Positions 25,591-37,496 of a stretch of DNA of 64,000 nt are shown one piece after another. The notes beneath the pieces are model-generated. The model made no database searches. It was not told the origin of the DNA and was given only the letters and a program-made list of their open reading frames with translations. Every line of letters starts with the position of its first letter. Within the stretch, counting starts at the first letter, position 1. The stretch covers positions 2,006,618 to 2,070,617 of the forward strand of contig CAJINV010000012.1 in the NCBI GenBank assembly GCA_905178155.1, written 5' to 3'. Origin of the DNA: Amoebophrya sp. A120 (taxonomy: Eukaryota; Protista; Dinoflagellata). A program made the position numbers and the translations under genes.

Positions 25591-27319
25591 GTTGTTTTGG
25601 TTTGCTTGTTTACTGCTTGATCTCAGTGTGGTGGTCGGTGCTCCTGGTTACGGCAAACAAAAACAATGGTGCAGATTATTCAGCACTGTTTTTTCTTTCT
25701 CCTCGGCGGTTTACTTTTGTTTCTTGCCCGATGTGCCTCGCGATGTTGTACGTCTTCTGCTTTTCTTGTGTCAGCACCGTAAAATCCAGCGGCGGGATAA
25801 TGCCACTTTCGTCGTGCTCCGTGATATGAGATAGAGATGTGAAGCTGCGGGCTACGCAGTTCTATGATTAAAATCAAAATGGAGGGTCGGTTAAAATTCT
25901 TCTTCGGCTCTTGATATGTAGAAGGGAAACTTCTGAAGGAGACGTGAGAAAATCGAAACGTATGTACAAGAACTGAAAATACAGTTTGGAACGCACGGAC
26001 TCTGAAAATAAGAGATTCAAAAAGTAACTGAGAAAAAAATAGTACAGGGATTGTCGACGCAAATCAGGAGATTTTTTATTTGTTACAGTTTGTAATGTAA
26101 ATGTAAATCAAGTTGCAGGTGATTTTGCATATGAGTTGCGATAGGAAAAATTTTATCGGTGGGTTTGGAGAGGGTTTTTCGTTGAGAGTTGCAAAACAAG
26201 GTAGCCCAGTGAAATAAGACTGAGGCGCTTGTTGTCGCGACACTGTTGAGTTGTAGTACAGGAGGATGTTGAGTATAGAGTTTAAAGTGCGACGAGTGTA
26301 AAAGAAACGCACAAACAAAACTTTTATAGCGATATCAAGAAATAGCGTACGAGACCGAGGAGCTGCTGCACGACCGCGACGTCATGTTCTTGAACGATGA
26401 CGCGTAGTTCTGAACGAACAAAAGGACGACCGGACCATCAACAGCACTTTAAAATCAAAACTGCGTTTATAACGGAATACAAAACAGCACTCACGAAACG
26501 ACCATAAACACATCCTATAACTTCTTCACGACCGATGATCGTATTACTAGGGCCGCAAGAGCACCTTATTTTCATCATCATGTCATCTTCATCTTCTTCT
26601 TCTTGCGAAGACCGATGCATCGGTGCTGGCTGAGTACGTCAACGTCATCAACCGACTGATAATGCAAGAAGAGAAGACACTGTGCTTGATTTATTTTTCT
26701 CTGGTCCTGCGAACGAAACATGAGTGCAACATTTTCATTTCTGCAACTCTAGTACGTCAAGCAACGATCTTCAACACGACCAGAAATCTTCGCGTTTCAT
26801 AGCGTAATCAACACCGGCGAAGAAATATAAGCCTTTTTTATTCCAATCTGGATTTTACCCTCTTGGTTGATGTGCGTGCGCCGTACTGCTTGCGTTTTCA
26901 GTTCTTACGCAAGAGGTCGATGTCGAAGAAAAACCAATCAAAATATGGTGGTGCGCTAGGTTTGAAAATTGCGCGCCAACAACTACATCATGATCATACA
27001 TCCATAGGGCAGAAAGACCTATGGGCATTTTGCAATCAGAAAGCTCCATCATGGAGCCGCAACTCGAGTGGATAGCGCTGAGTATGAACGACCATTAAGT
27101 ACTAGATGCCCGTAGTCGTCATCACAGTCAATACGGTCAGCACAGAATAAAAACGTAGCGAGGACTGCCGGTCGATACTTTGCGTAGAGCAGTAGCTGCT
27201 ACAGACATGATGGTGATCACATACGTACTAGAAAGCGATGTACTTTAGTTAGACAGAGTCCAAAAGTCAAATAGGAATTACTTTTTTCATATTCATCTAA
27301 ATATAGCCATAAACGCCCT

Positions 27320-30300
27320 TTACTTTTTCTTCACAGTATTTGTGACTTTTTTCGCCCGTTCGGCGTACTTCAAGGAATTCATGGTTTCGTCGACGTTTGA
27401 GCTGGCGGGCGAGCAATTCATAAACATCAAGGTTTTCGAACTGCCGCCCAGCGAGTCCTGCATCAGCTGCGTTAAGGAGTGATTCCTGTACGGCACGAGA
27501 GACGGGTTGAATTTTTTTCCGGCCGGCTGACTCGTGAGCGCTTCAATCACGTCGCCCAAAGCGGTCAGCGACTTGTTGATTTCTATGGCTTCCTTCTGCG
27601 CCTGCCCGGTAACTTCCGACTTTGCGATCCGCTCACACCCCGCCAAATCGCACATCAACAACTTTCCCACCGTTTTTGCTTTCGTTTGCTTGTTGATGGA
27701 GGTCAGCTTCACTATCGTGATCAGATGCGACCGCGAGGATTCGCTATTCATGGCCGTGGCCGCGACGGACCGCAAATCAAAACCCTCCTCGATGGCTTTT
27801 TCCATCTGTTTATCAAATGCAAATATGTCTGGGTCGTCTGGAAGGTTGCAACTTGTCATGCTAAATCTGAATCATGCAAACAATCTGTGTTGCACGATTA
27901 CCAAAAGCCGTCGTTTTTTACCAACTTGGGAGGGAACAATCTCTCATGCAGAATAGGCATTATAGAGATCTCCCAAGTAAATTTGTCATGCTAGGCGCTG
28001 CATTCCAGACCTCATGGGTCATGGAAAACCTGCGTGACAAATCTTGCATCCTTCCAGACCCAGACATATTTGCACTCCATACTGTTTTGCGGACTCCACC
28101 TGCCGCTCCACCGCGTTCTCCACCTGCACGGAGCCGTCCTTCTCTATCGCAAAGAAAAAAGTGTTACAGTTACGCATTGTGTTGCAGACCATGCAACAGA
28201 GACGAGCTCTGTCATGCGCAAAATGCTTTCGAGCCTCATTTACATTTACATTTAATACGTGTTTTCCCTTGTGATCTCTGCATTGCAAGTTTTCTCTGTC
28301 ATGCGAGGCAAGGCTGTGATGCTGAATTCACTACATCAAATGTGTGACTGTAACACTTTTTTCTATACCATATTCTCCCTCCGCACCTTAATCTCCGGCG
28401 TTTTCACGGAGGCCTGGTTCCCCGCCTGCACGGACTTCGCCAGCAAATCCGTATCGTACGAAAAAAGTGCTTCACTGTAAGGATTTTGCAAGTTTTGCAT
28501 CACAAGCTTGCTCTACATCACAGAGGAAATTTCCCATGCGAGATTCCTAAGGGAAAACACAGGTGAAAATCCACTGTCTTGCATGTGTGGCAAGACAAAT
28601 AGAAATACTTCTCAGATACATTTTCTGCATTACAAGTTTACAGTGGAACAATTTTTTCTTGTGATAATCCGTAAACTTCGCGCAGTAGAGTTCGATCATG
28701 TGCAGGGAAATCGTGAACGTAAAACGCTCTTTGTCTCGCTCCACAATGTCGAAGACCTCGACGCAGCTCCGGGGCACCACGCCCTCGTCGCCCTTTTTCC
28801 CCGTCATGGTGTACGTCTTCCCCGCACCGGTTTGCCCGTAGGCGAAGATGGTTACATTGTATCCGTTATCAAATGTAAACATGTCTGGATCTCCTGGAAG
28901 ATTGCTAGGTTTGTCATGCATATTTTACAACATGACCCGCGATGCCTGTAATGCATGGCCTAGCATCACAGATTTTGAGAGGGCTTTCTGATGCGTATTC
29001 CGTATTACAGATGCACTCTCCGCGTAGCACAAACTGGACTCCTTTTGCTGGTCATGCAATACAGATTTTTTTAGAATCCAGAGACAGCATCACAAGTTGC
29101 AGTCTTCCAGCTGCAGACATATTTGCAATGCATATCCGTCGAAGGCGGACTGGACCAAGTCCTTCGTGTCTTCGAAAATCTGCGCCTGCGATCCCGGAAA
29201 GTGCGCGGCGTCAAACATGAATTCCTTCTTCGGCCCGTCTGGGTTGTTGGGGTGCTCTTCGACTGAGAGCGTCTGAGAGTCGATTTTAGCTACCGCGTTG
29301 TGGTCCCCGAGGTCCGCTTCCCTTTCGTTGAAGGGGCGCACGCGGACAAAGACCCGGATGGAGCCTTTCAGGTCCTCCACGTGGTTGTGGAGTTTTTTCT
29401 TGCGGATTTCCAAACTCGCCAAATCAGCCTCCAGCACACCCGCGAGTCGGGCAAATTTGAAGGTCTGCTGGCACTCTTTTTCCTCTATGGAAGCCTCAGC
29501 TGGAACGATCTACTGACCATTTCTCAAGTGGAGGTGGAGCAGTGTAGTAATTGCAGCAGATATAAATAAGGCCAGATTTGTTGCCTTACAGAAACGGCAA
29601 GTAAGAGTAGAGCACAGTCTACTACCTGTCGCTCCCGCTTTGCACGAGAAGCTTTGGAAAAAATAATGGAGCGGTTTGGTTGTTTGACGACGAGTGTCGG
29701 ATTCTGATATTTGTCATGCTAGGCTCCATGATAGCACAGGCGTGACAGAGAGACGCAGCCATGCAGATGATCCACAACTTGCATCACAAATCACTTAATT
29801 TCAGTTGAGATTGTACCCGATGAGCACACCATATCCCACTGCTTCAACTTTTCCCCGTCTTGCTCCAAATCGTCGATTTTTTCAGCGTATGAATCGCAAA
29901 CAGCTCCTCCGGCTCTAGAAAAATAAACTTGTCATGCGAAAAATCTGTAAATCTGAATGCTGAGAGAGCTTCTACGAGAGGTAACCAAGCATGACAGTTT
30001 TTTGGAACCGGTGCAGGTGCTATGCGATGCGAATTGCGATTCCGCATGAAAAATCGCATGTAATGTTCTTTCCAGAACCGGACGACATGTTTGCGAATTG
30101 ATACGAAATCTTTCGTTTTGTCCATCACAAGTTTCACTTCCTCCAACAATTTCTGCTTCTCCTTCTCCATTATGCATCACAAAGGTAATATCGCTCTTCT
30201 GCTCGCATCATCATCATGAACTGCACTTTACAAATTTGTCTGGTGCTATTGCTGCAAGAGTTTGCTGTATATGCCAAATCAGGCACCGGCTGCAGCACAT

Positions 30301-33300
30301 GCATATTCACCCTTGTCAACTACAAAATCTTGTGACCTGCTCCCAATTGCAATTTGCACTACCAACAGAAGTCCGACACTTTTTTTTCCGGATCATATCC
30401 TTCTCGATCCACAAATTAGCCTTTTCCATCACTTTCCGCGGTTCGTCCATCAGAATGTTCAGTTTTTTGCAACCCGTAAACGCTTTCGTAACTTCGTCGA
30501 AACTCACCGTCGCTGCGTGCAACTTTTCCTCCAGCGCGTCCAGTGCAAGCTGCTTCGGCTCCTCGACCTTCAGTAGCTGCTCCGCCTGACTGACATCGCC
30601 CCCACAGAGTTTCAACCCGGCAATGGCTGATTTCAATTTTTCAATGTTCAGCGGCTTCGTCTGCAGCACGAGATTCAACATGCTCTCTGCCTTCTGTTTG
30701 TTCTATCCTGTGCAAAAGTATCGCACTCCCACTCGTATTGCAATCATGCATTACAAATCCCTGTTCCTACCTAAGCAGGTAATTCCGCATTACAAACTTC
30801 ATTTCTCATCATGCTGAGGAAATTTGTAATGCATTTATATTAGGGGTGAAAAAAATCCATTCCGAGCCCGGTTCCCAAAATGTTTGCTGAAGTAATTCTT
30901 GCAAGGGATGAAAAGTCGATAGGGCCCCGCTTCGCATTCGAGGAGCAAAGCCAAGCACTTTGCGCGATCTGTGTGCGCGAGCTGTTGCAATGCGGTTGGC
31001 GAGACCGTACTCATATCACAGCTTCACTTTGCATGCCGTCGCCGATGCTGTGGCTGTAGTTTGTAAAGCGCCCCCCGTCGAGCATCAAAAAACACGAGCT
31101 GCGACCATTTTGACAGCCTTTTCCTACCTTTCACCGTTTCGCGTACATTTGCAGGTATTCAATTTTCTGCGCAAATTTGTTTGCTCTACTCCTTCAGCGG
31201 TGTCCGACAGAAGTCCGGAAAACGCCGAATCCTATTGGAAATTTGTTTGTTGGACCCACTTGTGGGACTAGTTCAATTCTTTCAAACTTCAGCTGAAGCT
31301 CAAATTTGACTTAAAGCTTCAAGTCAAATTTGAACTTCAACTGAAGTTTGAAAGAAATTTGCAAGCTCTGCAAGTCACAGAGTGTTGCGAAAGAGCGGGA
31401 AACGATGATAAAACGCTCCCAGCTCCTTTTCCGCCCCGAAAGGCGCACGATCACAAATGAAGGTCCGCAAAAAGGTTCAAAAAATCAAATCGCTACTTTG
31501 CAGCGCGAACGCGCTCACGGAGCCGAGCGTCACAAACTGCTGCTCGTGTCTTCTTGCGCAGATGCCTTTTTTCTGGCCAGGCTTCAAACATTTTGGGAGC
31601 CGTTGAGCGGATGGATTTTTTTGAGCCTTAATTATACGCGTGCGTGTGCGATACATCTTTTGCAAAGCATATGTTCTGAAACGCGTCAATTTTGTCCAGA
31701 AATTCCCGTTTATCCGGATCCTCCTTCTCCAATTTCTCTACTTCCTGCTGCAGCTCCTGCACCTTCGTATGAACTGCAAAAGTATCGTACTCGTATAAAT
31801 GCATTACAAATTTCCTCAGCATGAGAGATAAAATCTGTAATGCGGATTAACCTTAAGAAAAGGATTTGTAATGCATGACTGCAATACGAGTACGATACTT
31901 TTGCACAGGATACTTCGCTTGCGCACACAGCTCCTCCAGTTTCGCGCGCTTCGCCATCCGGGCCTTCGCCTGGTCGTACACCTCTTTCACGTGCTTCATC
32001 GCGTTCGCCGTTCCGCCCTGGGAGGAGGAGGGCGAAGTTGTTGTACCTCCACCCGTATGAATTGCAAAAGTATCGTACTCGTATAAATGCATTACAAATT
32101 TCCTCAACATGAGAGATAAAATTTGTAATGCGAATTTCCCTTAAGAACAAGGTTTGTAATGCATGACTGCAATACGAGTACGATACTTTTGCACAGGATA
32201 ACCCGTAGCCTGTTGCACCAGGTCGAACGCTTTCAAATTTTCCGCTTTCCGCACCACTTGTTCGAACTTCTGGAACAGTGATTTCAGATTCTCTATCCAC
32301 TGCAAATATGTCTGGGTCTGGAAGATGTCATGCTGGGAAACTAAGGGCAGGGCGTCCCTTTGTAAATTACGTCGACAAACTCTTAACCGCGTACCCGGTA
32401 AACTCCAAAACAGAAATTTTGAACAGCGTGATTTCTACCGAGAGACAACAACCGAAACTCCTGGGACGGCTGCGACGTGAGTAGGTTGTTATCTAGGTAG
32501 AAATAACTCTGTGCAAACTCCCTGTCTCAGCACCGAGGGAACCAAAATAAAAAGTAAAAGGGTCTGGAAGATGTCATGCATATTTTGCATGACCGATGAT
32601 GCCTGCAATGCATGACCTAGCATTACAGATTTTCAGAGGGCTTCCTGATACGTATTTCGCATGAGAAATGCCCTCTCCGCGTAGCACTACCGGGACTTCT
32701 CTTCCTGGTCATGCAATACAGGTTTTCTTCGAATCGAAAGACAGCAACAGCATCACAAGTTGCAACCTTCCAGACGTCCAGGGATATTTGCATTCGATAT
32801 TCTCAGCGGACGACCCAGCACCCGTATCGTGCTCGAAGTCGTCACAGGCGTGGCAAGCTTCGTCGATGGCCGCGTGCAGTTCCCGAAGTTCTTTCAGCTT
32901 TTCTTGACACTCCACGTACACCGGGTCGCTTTCGATCTCGATCTCCTGTTCTGCCGCAGCCTTGGCGTGGGTGAGGGCCTGCTCAATCTTTTCGAAGTTG
33001 TTCGAAAGCAAGGCCTGCTTCAGTTTTTCGACCAACGCCTCTTTGCTGTTGTCCTCCGCAGAAATTTCGATGTCGTCCCCAAAATCGTCGTGGTCTCGCA
33101 GCGACTTCCGGGAGTGCCTCGCCGCGGTCTTCCCCTTGGAGGTTTTCGCGGCGGCGGCCTTGGATTTCGACTTCGGAACGGACGGTTTTTCGCCCTTCGG
33201 CTTGATTTTCGTCTTCTTGGCCACCGCCGTCGCCTCGTCCACATCAGTGGAAGATTTGTCATCCTCGGCAGCGAGGGACCCGTTGGAAGATTTCAGACTG

Positions 33301-36300
33301 CTGCCACTTTTCGGCGCTTTCTTCTTCGGCGCGACCTTCTTCACAATTTTCTTCTTCACCGTTTTCGTGGATTTCGGCTCTGCCGGGCCTTTGCCCTCCG
33401 GGTCGTCCTCATCGTTCGCGTTTAATCCATCCTCGCCAGTCGTGCTTGTAAGCGCCTTGGCCCCGGATTTCTTCTTCGGCAGGGCTTTTGTTTTCTTAGT
33501 TGTGCCTGCGGTCTTCTTCGCACCGGAAGAAGTCGTCGTTCCCGCCTTCTTCTTCGAGGTCGCCTTCTTTCCCCCCGACGTAGAACCCCCGCCGAGCGAG
33601 GGGATCTTTGGCACGTTACCGTCGGCGTCCAGGTATGCTAGGGAAAAGCATCTTGTTGTTTGCGAGTGTAGTAAAATTGGAATTATGCACCATGATAAGC
33701 GTCCTTCTTTTAGATACTTCTACTTGTTGAATCAGCTGCATTACCAATTGTCATGCTGGTGGTGCTGAGCAAATTTGATCATCTGCACTTCACTACGTAG
33801 TTGCGCCAATGCTTTTGTTCCGATGCATACCATATCCTGTGCAAAAGTATCGTACTCGTATAAATGCATTACAAATTTCGTCAGCATGAGAAATAAAATT
33901 TGTAATGCAGATTTCCCTTGGAAAAAAGATTTGTAATGCAAGACTTGCATTTGTACGAGTACGATACTTTTGCACAGGATATACCAGGGCGAGCCCGTCG
34001 TTGTCTTCGAAAACTTCATCCTCCTCGTCAAAGTCCGGTTCGCAGGGGATATCAACTGCCAAAATTTCTGGGTCTGGAAACTTGTGATGCAAGAAAGGGA
34101 ATAGTGAACTCACTATCTATAATGCGCTGCCAAGCATGACAAGTTTTTTCCATGGCTCTGAGTTGCGTCATCAACATCATCATCATCATCATGCATGAGA
34201 AACTGCGTTTTTGCATGACAGGGAGGAGGAGCTCTTCGCGGTCATGGTGCGACACAGAGCTCAGAGTCATGCCAGACAAGCATGACAAATCTCGCAATCT
34301 CCCAGACCCAGAAAGTTTTGCATTTGATAGGGGACCATATCGGACAAATTAATGCCCTCCTCGTCCTCCTCTCCGTCCTCGCCGAACCGCGGGGAGCCCG
34401 GCACTTCGTACTCCTCAATCTCATACTCCTCTTCTTCGGCGTCCTCCACTTCCTCTCCTTCTGACACCGAGTAGCCCCCTATGCAAGAAAAAAACTGTGT
34501 AAAGAAGTGTAGCTTTGTGTTGCAGACGTTGCAATACAGTCACACTTGTCATGCTGGATGTGCATCAGAGGCTATTTTCATGATACGTGTTTTCGCGTAC
34601 AACTAGCTACGCATGACAGGTTTTCTCTGTTATGCAAAGCAAATCTGTGATGCTGTTCCTGCAAAAAAGTTACACTTACACACCTTTTTCTTGGATACCC
34701 CCATCCCTCTCGTCAATGAAGTCGCAGAGCTCCTGGCCCCACGGCGTCTGCGGCACGTCAAGGCCGGCGTGGTACAGAATGGCGCCTATGCATGGCAAAT
34801 ATGTTTGGGTCTGGAAGGACGCGAACTTGCCATGCTAACTCTGGATAGTACGAAAAATTTTTGTTGCATGATTACCACAGGTGTCTCCACTTTTGAAAAA
34901 GTTTAGCGGCAGTTTGTCATGCAGGATAGACATGATAAGTAGAGACTTCGTGCCAGAACCTGTCATGCTAGGTGGTCCTGGATTGCATACCTCATGGGGC
35001 ATGGAAAATACGCGCGACAAGTTTGCATTCTTCCAGACCCAGACATATTTGCAGTGAATAGTACCCATCTTCATGTCATTCCGGTACTCCGCATAGCCCA
35101 TCGCGTTGTGCGACTCGTAGTCCTTGTTTTCCAAAAAAGATTTTTCGTCCAGCTCCTGCGATTGGACGAAGTTGATCAGCTTCTGGGCAATGTTGCGGTC
35201 CCCAACGTCAACGGACACCATCAGGGGGGTCACTCCGTGCGAATCAGCCGCGTTAATCCTCTATGCAGTGTTCGGGCACGACAATCATGATGACGCGCCA
35301 TCAATTTCGTAGTGGTCATGCGGCAGATAATGAAGCAGGTGCTTCGATGCTACAAATAAATGCGAAGACATCCTCAACAAGACAAGTACCCAACAACATC
35401 TCGCTTACTGTATATGAATCTGTCCTTATAATTTGCTCATGCTCTTTCTTTCGCAATACAAATGTGGATCGTGACCTCGTTGAACAAGGTGCTGCACATC
35501 ATGATTGTCCCATTTTTCATTTTGCATACCATGGCGCCGAATTGCAGGAGCGCGGTGACCAACTCTGCCTGGGCGTTGTCGTGCTTCACGGCGGCGCGCA
35601 TCTTGCTGTTTTTGCGGCAGCAGTGGTGCAGGGCGGTCAGGTTGGAGTCGTCCCTCGCGTTGATTTGGATGAAGGGATTCTTCAGTAAGAAGTGCACCAC
35701 CTCCGCCTGCCCGAAGCCGCAGGCGTACATCAACAGCGTGCGCCATCGGCTGTCGCGCACATTCGGGGACAAGAGTTCCGAACTGGACGACCGGTACTCG
35801 TCGTCGTTTAAGTATTGCGAGGAAAAATCCCCCCTCCCCATAGCTAAGACAAAATTTGTGCTGCTGTATTTGACTTACACAAGTCCTCGCCTTGTATTGC
35901 TAGAAGGCGAAGAAACGCAGTTGCTCCCTCGATTGCAGGCAATTTGTCATGCTGTTTCCCGTTTCCAGTTTCTTCCTGTCATGCTGAAGACGCAAGGCTT
36001 TCCTACGCCAGCCAGCACTACAGTCCGCATCTCTTCCCTTCTAGCATGACAAACAAATCATGCTACAAAAATCTCCCTTTGAGTACTATGGGGAGGGGGG
36101 ATTTTTCCTTTTGATATCAAGTATTGCTCGGTTTTCCACTGCTCCTCGGTGCCGAGGTATTCCCGCAACGTTTGCACATCCCCGTCCCGGGCTGCCAGCA
36201 GGGCCTTTTTCACCTTATTCAGGTACTCCGGGGAGTGCGTGTGCTGGTGTATGGATGTGTCAGGTTTGAAATCTTCAAAGTTGAAATAATTTGTAATGCA

Positions 36301-36586
36301 TAAAGTGCATGACCCGGGGTACGTGTGTTGCAGAGCAGGCAAGTGAGGCCGATTGTGAGCCTGTTTGGGGTTACAGCTCGAGCTGCTAGAGTAGCATGAG
36401 AAAATCGCTCTTCTTTGCCTAAACAGCATGACAAACTGGATTCAGGGACCACCGAAATTTGTCACTGGCATCCATTTTATGCATGACAAATTATTTCAAC
36501 TTTGTCGATTTCAACTCTGACACATCCATATGGTGAGTGCTGGTCGTGCCGGAGGATGCTGGGGTGGTGGAATCTTGATCGGGCAT
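27320..36586 (-). CDS. Ankyrin-repeat, C-terminal-motor kinesin (kinesin-14, KCBP-like motor)
   Basis: Neck HNHVEDLKGSIRVFVRVRP; P-loop DG|YNVTIFAYGQTGAGKTYT; NSESSRSH; DLAGCE; VPYRN; N-terminal ankyrin repeats (TLLMYACGFG, TALHHCC, TPLMVS); 18 IEs; junction 29520-29840 unresolved. Confidence 0.85.
27811..28081. mobile_element. IE family B
   Basis: Family B TIR; DR CTGTT. Confidence 0.92.
28145..28372. mobile_element. IE family D
   Basis: TATCGCAAAGAAAAAAGTGTTACAGT TIR; DR TTCTC. Confidence 0.9.
28452..28666. mobile_element. IE family K
   Basis: TATCGTACGAAAAAAGTGCTTCACTGTA TIR; DR ATCCG. Confidence 0.9.
28867..29134. mobile_element. IE family B splitting the kinesin DG|YN motif
   Basis: Family B TIR; DR TCCGT. 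Confidence 0.92.
29888..30103. mobile_element. IE, divergent B-like, DR decayed
   Basis: TATGAATCGCAAACA...TGTTTGCGAATTGATA; frame restored by removing IE+5. Confidence 0.75.
30171..30397. mobile_element. Degenerate IE
   Basis: TATGCATCACAAA...TTTTCCGGATCATA; flanks TCCAT/TCCTT. Confidence 0.65.
30840..31631. mobile_element. Nested TTA...TAA TIR element
   Basis: TIR TTAGGGGTGAAAAAAATCCAT / TTAAGGCTCAAAAAAATCCAT; DR TTATA. Confidence 0.85.
31277..31356. repeat. 80-bp near-perfect palindrome
   Basis: TTCTTTCAAACTTCAGCTGAAG...CTTCAACTGAAGTTTGAAAGAA centred on AAGCTT. Confidence 0.85.
31768..31912. mobile_element. IE family A, opposite orientation to the 10613 copy
   Basis: TATGAACTGC...GCACAGGATA; DR CTTCG. 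Confidence 0.92.
32056..32200. mobile_element. IE family A, near-identical to the 31768 copy
   Basis: Family A TIR; DR ACCCG. Confidence 0.92.
32294..32799. mobile_element. IE family B carrying a retroelement fragment
   Basis: TATCCACTGCAAATATGTCTGG...TTTGCATTCGATA; DR TTCTC. Confidence 0.88.
32334..32559 (+). mobile_element. 5'-truncated non-LTR retrotransposon (LINE-like) 3' end
   Basis: 20-bp DR GGGTCTGGAAGATGTCATGC (32314-32333, 32560-32579); A-rich tail; encodes GKLRAGRPFVNYVDKL...stop. Confidence 0.7.
33634..33829. mobile_element. Older IE whose right DR is split by the next IE
   Basis: TATGCTAGGGAAAAGCAT...ATGCTTTTGTTCCGATGCATA; DR CCAGG after reconstruction. Confidence 0.8.
33833..33981. 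mobile_element. IE family A inserted at the boundary of the 33634 IE
   Basis: 36-bp TIR with 1 mismatch; DR TACCA. Confidence 0.92.
34050..34329. mobile_element. IE family B
   Basis: Family B TIR; DR GGGGA. Confidence 0.9.
34480..34697. mobile_element. IE family D, opposite orientation to the 8066 copy
   Basis: TATGCAAGAAAAAA...TTTTTCTTGGATA; DR CCCCC. Confidence 0.9.
34787..35060. mobile_element. IE family B
   Basis: Family B TIR; flanks GCGCC/GTACC. Confidence 0.88.
35262..35528. mobile_element. Highly decayed IE / intron
   Basis: TATGCA...TGCATA ends; residual inverted GACAATCATGATG; DR decayed. Confidence 0.6.
35813..36116. mobile_element. IE family H variant
   Basis: TIR core GGAAAAATCCCCCCTCCCCATAG; flanks TTAAG/TCAAG. 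Confidence 0.88.
36250..36530. mobile_element. IE family F
   Basis: TATGGATGTGTCAG...CTGACACATCCATA; DR TGGTG. Confidence 0.92.
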
Positions 36587-37496
36587 CTTTTTATGTATGG
36601 TTTAGGCTTTCTGATTCTGCTTACCCCTGCAACGTAAATGTTAACGTACGTCAAAAAAGTTCGTATCGATAGTGTGGCTGCGATGCTGGGCTGGGGTGCA
36701 ATAAACAAAACAGAGAGTGAGTGAGTATGTAAATACAACTACGCTACTAGAAAATCTACGTGATAATTTTCAATGGGGAGGGGTACTAAATATTGCGCTG
36801 ATAAGTTGTCGCTACATGGTTTGTTCACTGTATGTGTTGATGTATACGAATGGTGGCGCACGAGCAGACACTGCAAACAATCAAGAACCGGAAGGCCAAA
36901 ACGACTCTGAAAAATACGACGACCACACCACCGAAAGCTAAGGAATGATGTCCACAACCGAAAAGCAACGTACTTCATCTGCGGTCGTCGTTTGTCAAGC
37001 AACCATTGCGCGTTTCTTTGGGCTGAAAGAACGATGGACCGAATCAACAATACAGAGCGCCGTCGTCGCTTTGCACTGCAGGAGTGCTGCGTCAGACCGA
37101 AGTTTACAGCTGCGCCGCGGACCGACATTTTTACGTGAGGGCGGGGCAATAAAACGACCGAATATGATGTCAGGTCTTTTCTTTGACTTTGTTAATGTTA
37201 TCAACATCACGATTGAGAAGTCAGTCGTCTTTTCGTTTTCCGCAGGGGGTAGCGAAACGGGCAATTGAACGAGGAGCGCCACCGAAAAATATTGATTTTG
37301 TCACAATTTTCTTACATCTACTACCGGGGCCGCGATGAAACAATGTAGACGATGCTACGACGATGAGCAGTAGCGACGAACAGGTAAAAAATATCAAGTT
37401 TTAAATTAGGCAATTACGCTTGCAGTTTCGTGGCTGCAGAATGGCTTGCTTCATTTTGCATTTCATCGATCCTTAGGCCTACTTGGTAGAAAAACC

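Larger units (their letters stand above)
30704..31671. mobile_element. IE family A carrying a nested 792-bp element
   Basis: TATCCTGTGCAAAAG...CTTTTGCAAAGCATA; DR TGTTC; joins AFQN|KQKAE. Confidence 0.88.

Noticed and set aside
32760-33768. Long plus-strand ORFs here and elsewhere
   Set aside because: Antisense shadows of minus-strand coding exons
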